From: a virus
Taxonomy: Duplodnaviria > Caudoviricetes
DNA: 59,231 bases
Direction: 5' to 3' (one strand)
IMG/VR virus record: IMGVR_UViG_3300040781_000275
Coordinates: 1 to 59,231 of that record
Part shown: piece by piece, positions 8,595 to 18,294 of the stretch
Layout: each line of letters begins with the position of its first letter
Numbering within the stretch: the stretch's first letter is position 1
The notes under the pieces: model-generated
What the model saw: only the letters and a program-made list of their open reading frames with translations
Databases searched by the model: none
What the model was told of the DNA's origin: nothing
Made by a program: the position numbers and the translations under genes

Positions 8595-9282
8595 TATAAC
8601 CCGCGATTCAATGGCTGATGTATTAGGTGGTGTCACCTATATCTTAGCTGCGTGGGAAGATTGTGTTAGGGAAGAAATGCCTAATACAGCCGTTTTATAT
8701 GATGATGGTTTAAGTTACGAAACAGCCATGAAACTTTTTAGAGATAATAATAACAACAATTTAAACACCTTAGACCCGTTGCCTATGTTGGCTTATAAGA
8801 GGACAGTTGCAAAACCTATCGAAGACCATTTGTTAGGTAAGAGAGCTGATTCAAAGAAAGCCTGCATTAGGAACGCAAACGGTGAACTTGTTAGATATAA
8901 TATCTCATATGTTGAATTCGACTTACTCTTTGCCTATTTTACTAAGGACGTTGAGCTTCAGGAGAGATTTGAAATAGCCTATACCAATGGAACAGGTATT
9001 TCAGAACTTGAGACTTTCCAAGCCAGCTACCCCGAAATAGGTGACGTGACTTACTCTATGAAGTGGCAAGAACTTGAGGAATTTACTATCCAAGAGGACG
9101 AAGCCAATCATTTTAAGTCTATTATAGGTTCAGCCAAGGTTAGGGGCTTCTTATTCAGTTTTGCTGATAAGCCTCAAGGTGAAATTAGAAGTATTGATGC
9201 AAGATTTGTGTCTTCTCCTAATCTCGCTGAGGAAGACCTTGATGAATTGCTAAGTGAATGTATAATTGAAGAAGATAATTAA
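8587..9282 (+). CDS. Putative tail terminator/sheath stabiliser (gp15-like)
   Basis: GGAG SD before the ATG at 8587; PLPMLAYKR and VEFDLLFAYFTK resemble gp15-type proteins; lies upstream of the sheath. Confidence 0.55.
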   Translation: MTNITRDSMADVLGGVTYILAAWEDCVREEMPNTAVLYDDGLSYETAMKLFRDNNNNNLNTLDPLPMLAYKRTVAKPIEDHLLGKRADSKKACIRNANGELVRYNISYVEFDLLFAYFTKDVELQERFEIAYTNGTGISELETFQASYPEIGDVTYSMKWQELEEFTIQEDEANHFKSIIGSAKVRGFLFSFADKPQGEIRSIDARFVSSPNLAEEDLDELLSECIIEEDN

Positions 9283-9298
9283 AGTAAAGGACTGAATC

Positions 9299-9643
9299 AT
9301 GGCTAGAAACAACATTGAATTGAAACTGATTAGGGGTAACACTGCTAAGAGTAATACGACCAAACCTGACTTGAAAAAGTATAAGGAAATGGTCAATTTA
9401 GGCAGAGTTAAAGAAGAAATGTGCAACCCTGCAATGTTAATTAGTTTAGTAGATTACCCAGTTGTGGTAAAATATGGAAAATCGGAGATTAGACTATCTC
9501 CTAGAAGCAGAGAAAAAGTTGCTGACCATACGTTACTGGATAAGGACTCACTTACTAAAGACGTAGCTCTAAAAAAGCTACCGGGCAAAAAAGCCCAGCC
9601 TGAGAAAGTCAAGAAAAGTAAAAGAAGAAGTAGAAATAATTAG
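9299..9643 (+). CDS. Hypothetical basic protein
   Basis: AAAGGA SD; basic C-terminus. Confidence 0.6.
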   Translation: MARNNIELKLIRGNTAKSNTTKPDLKKYKEMVNLGRVKEEMCNPAMLISLVDYPVVVKYGKSEIRLSPRSREKVADHTLLDKDSLTKDVALKKLPGKKAQPEKVKKSKRRSRNN

Positions 9644-9668
9644 TTAAAGACTTATATGGAGGTGTAAG

Positions 9669-11492
9669 ATGAGTGGTGCCGCTTCGGTTAATATTAGAGA
9701 AGTAGATTTATCCACACGCGTAGCCTCTTTCGAGGGTGTTTTTGGTGGTCTTGTTATCCAAGCAAAGAAGGGAAGTTCTAGTGAACCAACTTTCGTTTCT
9801 AGTGATACACAATTCTTAAACTCATTAACACCTAATGGAAGAGTAGATGTTGGTTTTGATTTAGCCTATTTCTCAGGGCTTGCTTTCTTAGAGAGAGCAA
9901 ACAAGCTTTGGGTTCAGAGAGCTATTAATAGTGCTTACTATGCAGGGCTAGTCCTTGTTGAAGCAAGCTCAAGTTCAAACAACGCTGGAATTGCTACAGA
10001 TTCAGATATCGCAGACCCTACAGCTAGGGTTTTTGGTGCTGAGGAAGCCGTGTTTATACATAGTGCAAATGAGGGTGCTTGGGGTGATGATGTTGGTGTG
10101 AGAATCACAACGATTGATGAAGACCCTGATTTACTTGAAGAGAATTCTTTCTTAATTGAAGTTTTCTTAAGAAGCAATCAGGCTGTTCCAGTTGAGTCTT
10201 ATTTAGTCTCAAGAGTTATGGGGCAGAAGAATGCTGCTGGTAGAAATATGTTTATTGAAGATGTTCTACAGGCTTCAGCTTATATTAGGGGTATTAGTAA
10301 CCCACTCATTGATGAAGACGTTTTACCTAAAGGTGTTGTAAGTGCGGTTGCAGCTACGGCCACTGAACAGAGTGTTTTATTCACTGCTAATACCGCTGGT
10401 GTTATCGGTAATACGATTAGTTTAGTTTTTGATGGTGTAGCCACTATTGATGCAGTTGTTGATGCTTGGAACTTAGCTAACCCGTCCAATACAGTTTCAC
10501 ATGATGGAACAGGAACAGCCGTTTTGACAGCTGCTACAGTTAACTTAGCGGATGGTGTTGATGAGATTGGAAGCCAGATTCTATTTATGAATGACGGTGA
10601 TGACGGTCTTGCTGTTGGTGACGCTCAAATGATTAACGCTGCTGACAAGTTTTCAAATAAAGCACAAACGAATATTACGCTTTTAATGGACGGTGGTTAC
10701 ACTACTCCGGCTTATCAGATTGCACTTGATACAATCGCTCAATCTCGTCAGGATTGTGTGGCTATTTTAAGTACACCTTTTGCAGCTGAAGATAGCTCTG
10801 CTTACATTACAGATATCGTGGATTATAGAAAGAACACTTTGAACTTAAATAGTTCTTACTCAGCTCTTTATACTCCACACCTTAGAATTTCTGACAGATT
10901 CAATGATAGAGAGATTTTTGTTTCTCCTGATGGATATGTTGCTGGAAGTATTTCTTTTAGTTCTCAGAACTTTGAGATTTGGTTTCCACCTGCGGGATTC
11001 AAAAGAGGTATTCTTAACGTGCTCGACACAAAGAGAAGATACTCTGATGGTGAACTTGATGTTCTTTATAATGCTGGGATTAACCCAATTAGGTTTTTTC
11101 CTGGAAGAGGGATTGTTGTTTGGGGTCAGAAGACTCTACAAGCAAGAGCGTCAGCCCTTGATAGGCTAAACGTAAGACTTCTTCTAATCGTTATTGAACC
11201 AGCGATTAAAGAACTTCTTGAGAACTTCCTATTCGACCTAAATGAGGCGGCTGTAAGGTCAATCATTGAAGGACAGATTGAGGATTATCTTGAGACGATT
11301 CGCTCTAAAAGAGGAATCACAGATTATGATGTTGTTTGTGACGACACCAATAACAGCGCTGCTGATATTGATGCTAACAGACTTAACGTAGATATTTTTA
11401 TCAAACCTACTCGCTCTATTGAAGAGATACCTGTAAGAGTTGTCATTACGCCAACTGGTATCAGCTTTGGTGATGCGGCCGGTGCGATTTAA
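9669..11492 (+). CDS. Contractile tail sheath protein (gp18-like)
   Basis: N-terminal VNIREVDLS; WFPPAGFKRG, LYNAGINPI, VVWGQKTL, DRLNVRLL, VCDDTNN and DIFIKPTRSIE. Confidence 0.95.
   Translation: MSGAASVNIREVDLSTRVASFEGVFGGLVIQAKKGSSSEPTFVSSDTQFLNSLTPNGRVDVGFDLAYFSGLAFLERANKLWVQRAINSAYYAGLVLVEASSSSNNAGIATDSDIADPTARVFGAEEAVFIHSANEGAWGDDVGVRITTIDEDPDLLEENSFLIEVFLRSNQAVPVESYLVSRVMGQKNAAGRNMFIEDVLQASAYIRGISNPLIDEDVLPKGVVSAVAATATEQSVLFTANTAGVIGNTISLVFDGVATIDAVVDAWNLANPSNTVSHDGTGTAVLTAATVNLADGVDEIGSQILFMNDGDDGLAVGDAQMINAADKFSNKAQTNITLLMDGGYTTPAYQIALDTIAQSRQDCVAILSTPFAAEDSSAYITDIVDYRKNTLNLNSSYSALYTPHLRISDRFNDREIFVSPDGYVAGSISFSSQNFEIWFPPAGFKRGILNVLDTKRRYSDGELDVLYNAGINPIRFFPGRGIVVWGQKTLQARASALDRLNVRLLLIVIEPAIKELLENFLFDLNEAAVRSIIEGQIEDYLETIRSKRGITDYDVVCDDTNNSAADIDANRLNVDIFIKPTRSIEEIPVRVVITPTGISFGDAAGAI
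10347..10556 (+). repeat. 70-aa shared insertion module, copy 1 (in sheath)
   Basis: VAATATEQ...AWNLANPSNTVSHDG...VNLADG; 51/70 aa identical to copy 2 by manual count. Confidence 0.9.
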
Positions 11493-11505
11493 GGAGGATT
11501 AGAAA

Positions 11506-12039
11506 ATGGCAAGTTTTACTATTGACCAACTTAGAGCACTTCCTGATTACGCACAAGTCACGAAGTGGGATATTACTTTTTTACAATTACCGGCGGTAGG
11601 GGCAGTAGGGTTCCCCGCCTCCGAGGACATCAACCTTCGATGCGAAACGGTTGAGACTCCTAAAGCTACGAACCAGAAGTTCCCTGTTGAATTGAGAGGA
11701 CATAGAACTTTCCATTCAGGAATCATGGATTATGGTAACGTAATGAACCTAACATTTACTGAAACAGTAGATAACTTTACATTCCTTTTTGTTAAGGCTT
11801 GGAGAGAGTTGTGCTGGGCAAGTAGAACAGGTTCAGCTTTTCCTAAGTCGGATTTAGAAGCAACAATTCTTCTAACTCTTTTAGACAACGAAGACAATGC
11901 AAGAGCGTCATGGAAAATTTATGGTGCTTTTTATGAGGCTGATGATTTTGGAACTTTAGATGGTTCAACTTCAGATGCTATCCGTCCTTCGCTTACTCTA
12001 AGCTACGACTTCTACGTTGATAACCCAATCGGCGGTTAA
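11506..12039 (+). CDS. Tail tube protein (gp19-like)
   Basis: Follows the sheath; GGAGG SD; LTFTETVD...VKAWREL and LTLSYDFY tube motifs. Confidence 0.88.
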   Translation: MASFTIDQLRALPDYAQVTKWDITFLQLPAVGAVGFPASEDINLRCETVETPKATNQKFPVELRGHRTFHSGIMDYGNVMNLTFTETVDNFTFLFVKAWRELCWASRTGSAFPKSDLEATILLTLLDNEDNARASWKIYGAFYEADDFGTLDGSTSDAIRPSLTLSYDFYVDNPIGG

Positions 12040-12051
12040 TTAAGAATTTAG

Positions 12052-12080
12052 AGGGGAGCTTCAAAACTCCCCTTTCTTTT
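12052..12080 (+). terminator. Rho-independent terminator after the tube gene
   Basis: AGGGGAG/CTCCCCT stem with a T-rich tail; TATAAT follows at 12096-12101. Confidence 0.85.
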
Positions 12081-12118
12081 CTTATCCCTACATTCTATAA
12101 TATTTTCAGAGGTACAAT

Positions 12119-12784
12119 ATGGCATTTGGTATTCCAAATTTAGAGCGTGAGCTATCTAACTTTCTTGAAGGTAATAACGGGATTACGGCTATTCGTTCTG
12201 TAGAGTTCGATAAAAGATTTTTGTGGGCCATAGATTTTGTAAATACTTTTACTCCCCCAGCTCCCTTTGATAATTTCTTTCCAGCAAGTGAAGTCAGTTT
12301 TGGAATGTCCAACGTAAATACAAAAACCATTCCCTACGGTCAAAGAGAGTTAGAAATACCAATTAATGAAAGCCCAAGAGAAGTATCAATTACTTTTTAC
12401 GATGACACCTCACAAACCTTGTTAAGGTATTTTAAAGATTGGATGGAATTAGATATTAAGAATAATGGTCAGTTCATGAGTGGGCTAGAGGATAACCACC
12501 CAATCGTTACTACAGATTCTTTTGGTAATGGTCAGAGAAGGGTATTCCCATCTAGAACAATCAGATTGACGCACTTAGATGCTTATAGAACTCAAAATAG
12601 TATCTATTCATATAGAATTTTCCCTAAAGGTCAGATAGACTTCTTAGGTAGTCAGGCTAGTGAAGCAACCGAATACACAGTTCAGTTTGCAATCGTTGAT
12701 GATTTATCAGCCAAGCCACAAAATAGGTCCATTGGTGGATTCTCCTTCGATACTGTAAGGCAATCGTTAGGGAGATTTTTATAA
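12119..12784 (+). CDS. Tube-fold baseplate/tube initiator (gp54-like)
   Basis: VSITFYDD...YFKDWM parallels the tube protein motif; gene order fits. Confidence 0.65.
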   Translation: MAFGIPNLERELSNFLEGNNGITAIRSVEFDKRFLWAIDFVNTFTPPAPFDNFFPASEVSFGMSNVNTKTIPYGQRELEIPINESPREVSITFYDDTSQTLLRYFKDWMELDIKNNGQFMSGLEDNHPIVTTDSFGNGQRRVFPSRTIRLTHLDAYRTQNSIYSYRIFPKGQIDFLGSQASEATEYTVQFAIVDDLSAKPQNRSIGGFSFDTVRQSLGRFL

Positions 12785-12802
12785 CATACAGAGGTGAAAG
12801 TA

Positions 12803-13600
12803 ATGTCAGAAAAGTCAGAGAACAACGTACCAGAGATTGAATTAGAAATTAGTAAACTACCTTCAAGAGGTGTTCCTTATCCTTCAAAGGGAACGGTTAA
12901 GTACAGAACATACACTTGGGGAGAGGTAAGGAGAGCTAGCACATCACGTTCTTCAACTGCTGAAAGATTAAGAGAAGTCATGAAAGGCATCGACTGTAGT
13001 TTTGATAAGACGAAATTAACGGTAGCTGATGCACTGTATTTAGGAATTTTAAGAAAGATTAGCACATTCTCTGGTTTACAAATTGAGGTACCCTATGTTT
13101 GTAGACACTGCGGTAAAAGTAATAAGGGATTGTTTACTCATAATGATATTAATTTTCGGGATTTACCACTTGAAGTAACGGAGTTTCCTTTAGTTGCTGA
13201 GATTGAAGGGCGTGAGCTTGAATTTGCTCCAATGACTGTCCGAGAATACTTAGAGCTCCATGATGGTCGTCACGCTAAGGTGTTAAAGGGTAGTAAGATT
13301 GATGAGGTTGCTGTTCAAGCCACTTGGGTTAAGAATTTAGACTATGCAGAGGCTTATTCTGTGATTAACGGTCTGACCTCTCCTGAAGCGTTTGAAGATA
13401 TTACAGAAATTGATAAAATGATAAGACACGATATGGAACCACTTACATTTGAGTGCCAAAATTCAAAGTGTAAAGCTAAGAACTTAGTTCGGCTAGAAGG
13501 GAGGGACGCTTTATTGCGCCCGTTTCGTGATGGAGAAAAGCCTAAACGAAGTAGAATTCGTATTGGCAAGAGAGTTGAACCAACAAATAACGACTCTTGA
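12803..13600 (+). CDS. Baseplate hub assembly/tail chaperone (T4 gp26-like) with two Cys pairs
   Basis: LPSRG motif, CRHC and CQNSKC; GAGGTG SD favours the ATG at 12803; lies upstream of the tape measure/hub gene. Confidence 0.75.
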   Translation: MSEKSENNVPEIELEISKLPSRGVPYPSKGTVKYRTYTWGEVRRASTSRSSTAERLREVMKGIDCSFDKTKLTVADALYLGILRKISTFSGLQIEVPYVCRHCGKSNKGLFTHNDINFRDLPLEVTEFPLVAEIEGRELEFAPMTVREYLELHDGRHAKVLKGSKIDEVAVQATWVKNLDYAEAYSVINGLTSPEAFEDITEIDKMIRHDMEPLTFECQNSKCKAKNLVRLEGRDALLRPFRDGEKPKRSRIRIGKRVEPTNNDS

Positions 13601-13688
13601 TTTATTAGAGTATAATAGGGTTATGGCAATGCGACATAACCTGAATCAGTACCTTAAGAAGGATAAAAAGAATGGCTTCGGAAATTGA
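13530..13688 (+). CDS. 52-aa ORF missing from the track (gp51-like or frameshift extension)
   Basis: MEKSLNEVEFVLARELNQQITTLDLLEYNRVMAMRHNLNQYLKKDKKNGFGN in the +1 frame; bridges the gap between the chaperone and tape-measure genes. Confidence 0.6.
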   Translation: MEKSLNEVEFVLARELNQQITTLDLLEYNRVMAMRHNLNQYLKKDKKNGFGN

Positions 13689-15321
13689 AAAACTGCTCAC
13701 CTCCCAAGAGACTACCACTAGTCAGGTTGAGCTATTCAATGAGAACAAAGAGACTTTTGAAGACTTGCTCTTAGAGCAAATGATAACTAACGAAGAACTT
13801 TTAAACTCAGCTAGTCGTTCAGAGGCTAGTTTTTCTGATATCAATGATACATTGGTTGATTTACCTTTAAAATTAGCATCAAGCTTAAAGGGCCTTATGC
13901 CCTCTGAGGACGTTGAGGAACCTTTTGGTAACCCACAATTAGCCGAGATTGCTGAAATCATGAAACAGGGCTTCTCAGAGGTTCTGTCAATGCCTGCTAG
14001 TGAAGCGTCTGAGATGGTTGAGATTAATAGAGATGCCAAACTCCTACCACCTCCTGAGACAGATGAGAATGGCGAAAATTTACCAATAGTGGTTAATGCT
14101 CCTGAAAATGATAACCCAATGGAGTTAGCGGAGCTAAGTGAATATAGCCTATCTTCCTCTGAGTACCTAAAAAACATAGATGACAATATCCAACTAATGG
14201 CTCAAGCGGCTACGGCTGAAGAAGAGGTTTTGGGTAAGGCTACTGATTTCGGAGAAGATTCTGCAAGTAGCCCCAATGACGATAGTGGTGGATTAGATGG
14301 CTTTGGTGGATTGTTTACTGGACTAGGACAAAAGTTTGGTAAATTTGGAAAGCTGGCAAAAGGAGCTCTTAAAATCGGTGGCAGTGTTTTAGCTGCTGGA
14401 ATGGTTTTATCTGATGTATATGAGGGGTTTACCAATGATGAGAGAATCATGGAAATCTCGGGTAAGGCTAAACAGGATTTATCTAACGCTGAGGAAAGTG
14501 CTGTTGCAATCGGTAATGTTGTTGAAGGTTTAAGCTTTGGTTTAATTAATGCAAAAGACGTATTCAATGAATCAGTTGGACTTATGGATACTCTTCAAGG
14601 CGGGTTGGACCAGTTATTTGACCCTGAACAAGGCGCATTTGGAACTTTAACTAATTCTTTATTTCAAGGAATTGATAATATAAGTGATGGTAACTACGAA
14701 GACGCTATTGGAACAATCGTTGATGGTTTTGCTGAAGCACCTGGCCGCCTCTTAGATGTATTAGGTGGGTGGACTAGTTCACTGGTTGAGATGTTGCCCG
14801 GTGAAGTCTCTGATAATATTAAAAAGAGATTTGGTGATGTTAAAGATTTTGCTGGTTCTATATTTGATAGTGCTTCAAGTTTCTTAGGGTTTGGTGATGA
14901 TGAGCCCGTCTTAGAACAACCAACCAGTAGAGAACAGAATAATAGTTTTATGAATAGGGTAACTGAAGAACCTGTGCAATCTGTTAATCCATCTGTTAAT
15001 CAACCAGTAAATTCACCACTAAACTTCTCAGAAGCACCAGAAGTTCAAAGGTCAAGCAACATTAACCGTCCAGTTGATATTCAACCTGTTACACAATCCG
15101 TTAGCTCCCCACGTTCTGTGAGTGCTTTAGGTAATGAGGGTTTAAAAACTATTGCTATCAGTAAGAAAAGATTTGAAGAGAAAAGTCAGACAAGTACGGA
15201 CAAGAACGGTGATACAACCGTAGTCGTTAATCAACAAAATTCAGAGAAGAAAAGAATCGATAGAAGCACTTCTAACTCTGATATGAAACTCGCTTTCTTA
15301 AATGCGGGTATGGCTGACTAG
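13672..15321 (+). CDS. Tape measure/baseplate hub protein (gp29-like)
   Basis: Helical and Gly-rich amphipathic central region, low-complexity linker, C-terminal TTVVVNQQN; gene order fits. Confidence 0.65.
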   Translation: MASEIEKLLTSQETTTSQVELFNENKETFEDLLLEQMITNEELLNSASRSEASFSDINDTLVDLPLKLASSLKGLMPSEDVEEPFGNPQLAEIAEIMKQGFSEVLSMPASEASEMVEINRDAKLLPPPETDENGENLPIVVNAPENDNPMELAELSEYSLSSSEYLKNIDDNIQLMAQAATAEEEVLGKATDFGEDSASSPNDDSGGLDGFGGLFTGLGQKFGKFGKLAKGALKIGGSVLAAGMVLSDVYEGFTNDERIMEISGKAKQDLSNAEESAVAIGNVVEGLSFGLINAKDVFNESVGLMDTLQGGLDQLFDPEQGAFGTLTNSLFQGIDNISDGNYEDAIGTIVDGFAEAPGRLLDVLGGWTSSLVEMLPGEVSDNIKKRFGDVKDFAGSIFDSASSFLGFGDDEPVLEQPTSREQNNSFMNRVTEEPVQSVNPSVNQPVNSPLNFSEAPEVQRSSNINRPVDIQPVTQSVSSPRSVSALGNEGLKTIAISKKRFEEKSQTSTDKNGDTTVVVNQQNSEKKRIDRSTSNSDMKLAFLNAGMAD

Positions 15322-15329
15322 GATAAAAT

Positions 15330-15971
15330 ATGAGCTTAAGAGATTTTAACAGATTAAATATTAATGATGAGAACGCTCAGAATTATAAAATTATAATTAC
15401 AGGGCTTCAGGGTGGACCAGTCACAGGAGCAGTTGAAACTGATTTTGGACTAGCGGGCGGTAATGATTTTGGTTCAGCCGGAGATGCGCTTAACGACTTA
15501 CCTATTGTTGGTGGTTTAGTTGGACTTAAAAATAAATTATCTAATGTTGCTAACTTAAGTGGTCGAAGTGCGATTACAGAATTAGAAACTAGAAAGGTTT
15601 GGAACAATTCACTGATACCTGATTTACCTGTTGAGTTTACCTTATATCAAGCTAGTGCAAGTGACTTGTCTATTATCGAAAAGGTTAAGAGATTAAAAAG
15701 TGCTGTCTATCCTTCAAGGAATGGGGCGTTCTTTAAAGCTCCACTTGGTTATAGGTTTGCTGGTCAGAGTAGTCGAACAGCTCAGGGAACTATTGCACTT
15801 CAGATTGGAACTTGGTTTAGAGCTTTTGGTTTAGTTATGGCCAGTGTTAATACAACATTTTCTAAAGAAGTTAACAGTCAAGGTCAACCTATTGAGGTTA
15901 AAGTAAACTGCACTTTTCAACCCTATAAGGCAATCACTTACGATGAATTTGAAAGTTGGTTTTTGGTATAA
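15330..15971 (+). CDS. Baseplate tail-tube cap-like protein (gp48-like)
   Basis: LQIGTWF...VMASVNTTFS...PIEVKVNCTF pattern; gene order fits. Confidence 0.55.
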   Translation: MSLRDFNRLNINDENAQNYKIIITGLQGGPVTGAVETDFGLAGGNDFGSAGDALNDLPIVGGLVGLKNKLSNVANLSGRSAITELETRKVWNNSLIPDLPVEFTLYQASASDLSIIEKVKRLKSAVYPSRNGAFFKAPLGYRFAGQSSRTAQGTIALQIGTWFRAFGLVMASVNTTFSKEVNSQGQPIEVKVNCTFQPYKAITYDEFESWFLV

Positions 15972-15973
15972 TT

Positions 15974-16348
15974 ATGGCTAAAGAATTAGAAGCAAAAAGT
16001 TTTTTTATAAATACTGAAATAGAAGATGTTCAGCGATTCGACCTATCTCGGTTTATGCTTTATGACGAAGATGTATTTGAACCAATTACAGCTAACATCT
16101 TCGATGGGCTAAGAGAACTTCCAGCGGGCGGTCAATACACAGTTAATGGTAAGGAAGCAAGACCTGACCTAGTTAGTTTCGATATTTATGGCTCAACTCA
16201 GTATTATTGGGTAATAATGGTTTATAACGGTTTGCAATCTTTTAATGAGATTGTTCATTCACAGGAATTAACTTTTCCAAGCTTGGCGGTATTGGAAGAT
16301 TTTTTCTTTAACTTAAAAGTTCAACAGAACGAATCAGATAGAGATTAG
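15974..16348 (+). CDS. Baseplate wedge protein (gp53-like, LysM-like)
   Basis: RPDLVSFDIYGSTQYYWVIMVYN motif; ATG at 15974 directly after the previous stop. Confidence 0.85.
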   Translation: MAKELEAKSFFINTEIEDVQRFDLSRFMLYDEDVFEPITANIFDGLRELPAGGQYTVNGKEARPDLVSFDIYGSTQYYWVIMVYNGLQSFNEIVHSQELTFPSLAVLEDFFFNLKVQQNESDRD

Positions 16349-16351
16349 AAT

Positions 16352-17494
16352 ATGTCGGTTGGTATAGAAGGTCAGTTTTATTTAAGGTTCAAGATTGGAA
16401 ACAATGATGATTTCTTAGATAGAGAAGACTTTTTATTTTTTAATGTTTATGAGTATGCTGGAAACCTATTGCCAACTTTTGAATGGGCTTTTAAAAGCCA
16501 AGACGAAAGCATATTAAAACGTCTCAACGAGGGTAATATTATCCAAGCCCAATATGGCCGTAACAGAGATGAGCTAATCGATGTAAAGCTTTCAGTCAGT
16601 TCTATTAGTCCAACTAAAGATGGGGCTAATCTGATGGTTATCAAATGTACGGGCTATGCTTCAGAGATTAACTATATTACCGACCATAGCCTACAGGTAA
16701 CAGCTGAACAAAGTGCGGTTAAAACAGCTATTGATACTGCTAGAGCTAATGGATTTGTTATTAAAGCTAATGTTCTAACGTCCTCAGATAGCCAAAGGTG
16801 GATCCAACACAATACATCAGATAAACAGTTCGTAAATGACTGTTATATGAGAGCTGATGTAGGTGACAGTGCTATCGCAGTTGCAATTACAGCAGACGGT
16901 GAATTTATATTGAAAGACCTTTTAAAGGACTTTAGAAGAACAGGTTTTAGAAAGTTTGATTGGAAGTTTACAAAGAACCCTTTAGATTCTTCTGATGTTG
17001 TTTACGATTCAGATGGAGACTTTAGCAGTCAGGCGGGATTCATTAATAATTGGCTTGGTTACGGAAGAGTGACTAAACTGATAAACAACGAGACAGGTTT
17101 GGTTACAGATATTCAAGACCAGCCTGGTGTTGTCCTCGCATTAACAAATATTGTTGATAAGCTAAAAAGTGTTGGAGACAGGTACGGTGGTTCAAAGTTT
17201 CAAAGCGAATCAGTCCACGCCAAATTCCATGAGAGTTATAACCATAACCTAATATTCTTAGCCAACTTATCTAAGATTGAGAATGTTGTTTCAGTTACAG
17301 ACAGATTTTTCTTGATTAGACCGTTAGACTTGGTAATGTATTCAGAAGAGGGTACTGAAATAATCGAACAGGCGAGTGACATTAAATCAGGATTATTTGT
17401 CGCTTCAGGTATTGTTAGAAACTTCCAAGCGGATAGAATGAATACAACGGTTATTTTGAATAGAGAAGCATTGAACGAGGTACAGGTAGAATAA
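16352..17494 (+). CDS. Baseplate hub protein (gp27/gpD-like)
   Basis: Size and position between gp53 and the spike; WIQHNTSDKQFV motif. Confidence 0.6.
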   Translation: MSVGIEGQFYLRFKIGNNDDFLDREDFLFFNVYEYAGNLLPTFEWAFKSQDESILKRLNEGNIIQAQYGRNRDELIDVKLSVSSISPTKDGANLMVIKCTGYASEINYITDHSLQVTAEQSAVKTAIDTARANGFVIKANVLTSSDSQRWIQHNTSDKQFVNDCYMRADVGDSAIAVAITADGEFILKDLLKDFRRTGFRKFDWKFTKNPLDSSDVVYDSDGDFSSQAGFINNWLGYGRVTKLINNETGLVTDIQDQPGVVLALTNIVDKLKSVGDRYGGSKFQSESVHAKFHESYNHNLIFLANLSKIENVVSVTDRFFLIRPLDLVMYSEEGTEIIEQASDIKSGLFVASGIVRNFQADRMNTTVILNREALNEVQVE

Positions 17495-18294
17495 TGTTAA
17501 TTAGTTTAGCTGAACATTTAAAGCCTATTAGGGCGTTGACTAGACCTCATAAGGGTGTCGTAGTCGATAATGTAGACCCTAAGAAGTTGGGTAGAGTGAA
17601 AGTTCAGATAAAGGGCTTATTGGAAGTTGAAAAAGAGATGTTGCCGTGGTGTTCTACTTTAAATGACCCTAGCAATTTTGATGTGCCAGAAATAGGAGCA
17701 GAGCTTTATGTTATTTTTCCTTACGGAAGTATTTATTTTCCTTTTAGCCTTGGTTACTTTAATAGCGAAACTAATATTAACGCTAATCTTACTGGTGATG
17801 ATGACAATTATCCTAATACCTCGGGGTTCTCAAAACAAGGTTTCACGATAAAGTATAATAAGACAGCGCAAGAAGCTAATTTAATTCATCCAAGCGGCTC
17901 AACAGCTAAACTCAATAAAGAGGGAAGCTTTGAAATGAACTTAACGAAAGACTTGCTATTAACTATTGCTGGTAAGGTTGAGCAGACTGTCACAGGTGAT
18001 GTTATTTTTAATACAGATGGTAAATTGGAATACTCAGCTGTTGGTGATGTAAATGTTTCTAGTGATGGCAACGTGACTATAAAAGCAAATGGTCAAGCAA
18101 TATTTGAAGGTACAAGCACAACGATTGTTGGAAGTTCTGCTAGTGCTACTTTAGTTGAAGGGCAAACAGTTGCTTTAGCTGGTGGTGGAAAGCCTGTAGC
18201 AACATTAGGAAGCAAGTCTATTGGAACTGGTAATGCTGGTGCTCCGGTTATATCCACAGTTATTCAAGGTAGTACCAAAGTGAGTAGTGCATAA
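17494..18294 (+). CDS. Central spike (gp5/gpV-like): OB fold, beta-helix and PAAR-like tail
   Basis: GVVVDNVDPKKLGRVKVQI...LPWC...VPEIGAELYVIF OB motif, HPSGS, and 8-residue beta repeats. Confidence 0.88.
   Translation: MLISLAEHLKPIRALTRPHKGVVVDNVDPKKLGRVKVQIKGLLEVEKEMLPWCSTLNDPSNFDVPEIGAELYVIFPYGSIYFPFSLGYFNSETNINANLTGDDDNYPNTSGFSKQGFTIKYNKTAQEANLIHPSGSTAKLNKEGSFEMNLTKDLLLTIAGKVEQTVTGDVIFNTDGKLEYSAVGDVNVSSDGNVTIKANGQAIFEGTSTTIVGSSASATLVEGQTVALAGGGKPVATLGSKSIGTGNAGAPVISTVIQGSTKVSSA

Noticed and set aside
10347-10556. 70-aa module as an intein or a MITE-like element
   Set aside because: No Cys/Ser start with a His-Asn end, no terminal inverted repeats or target duplications seen, and differences between copies look codon-constrained.
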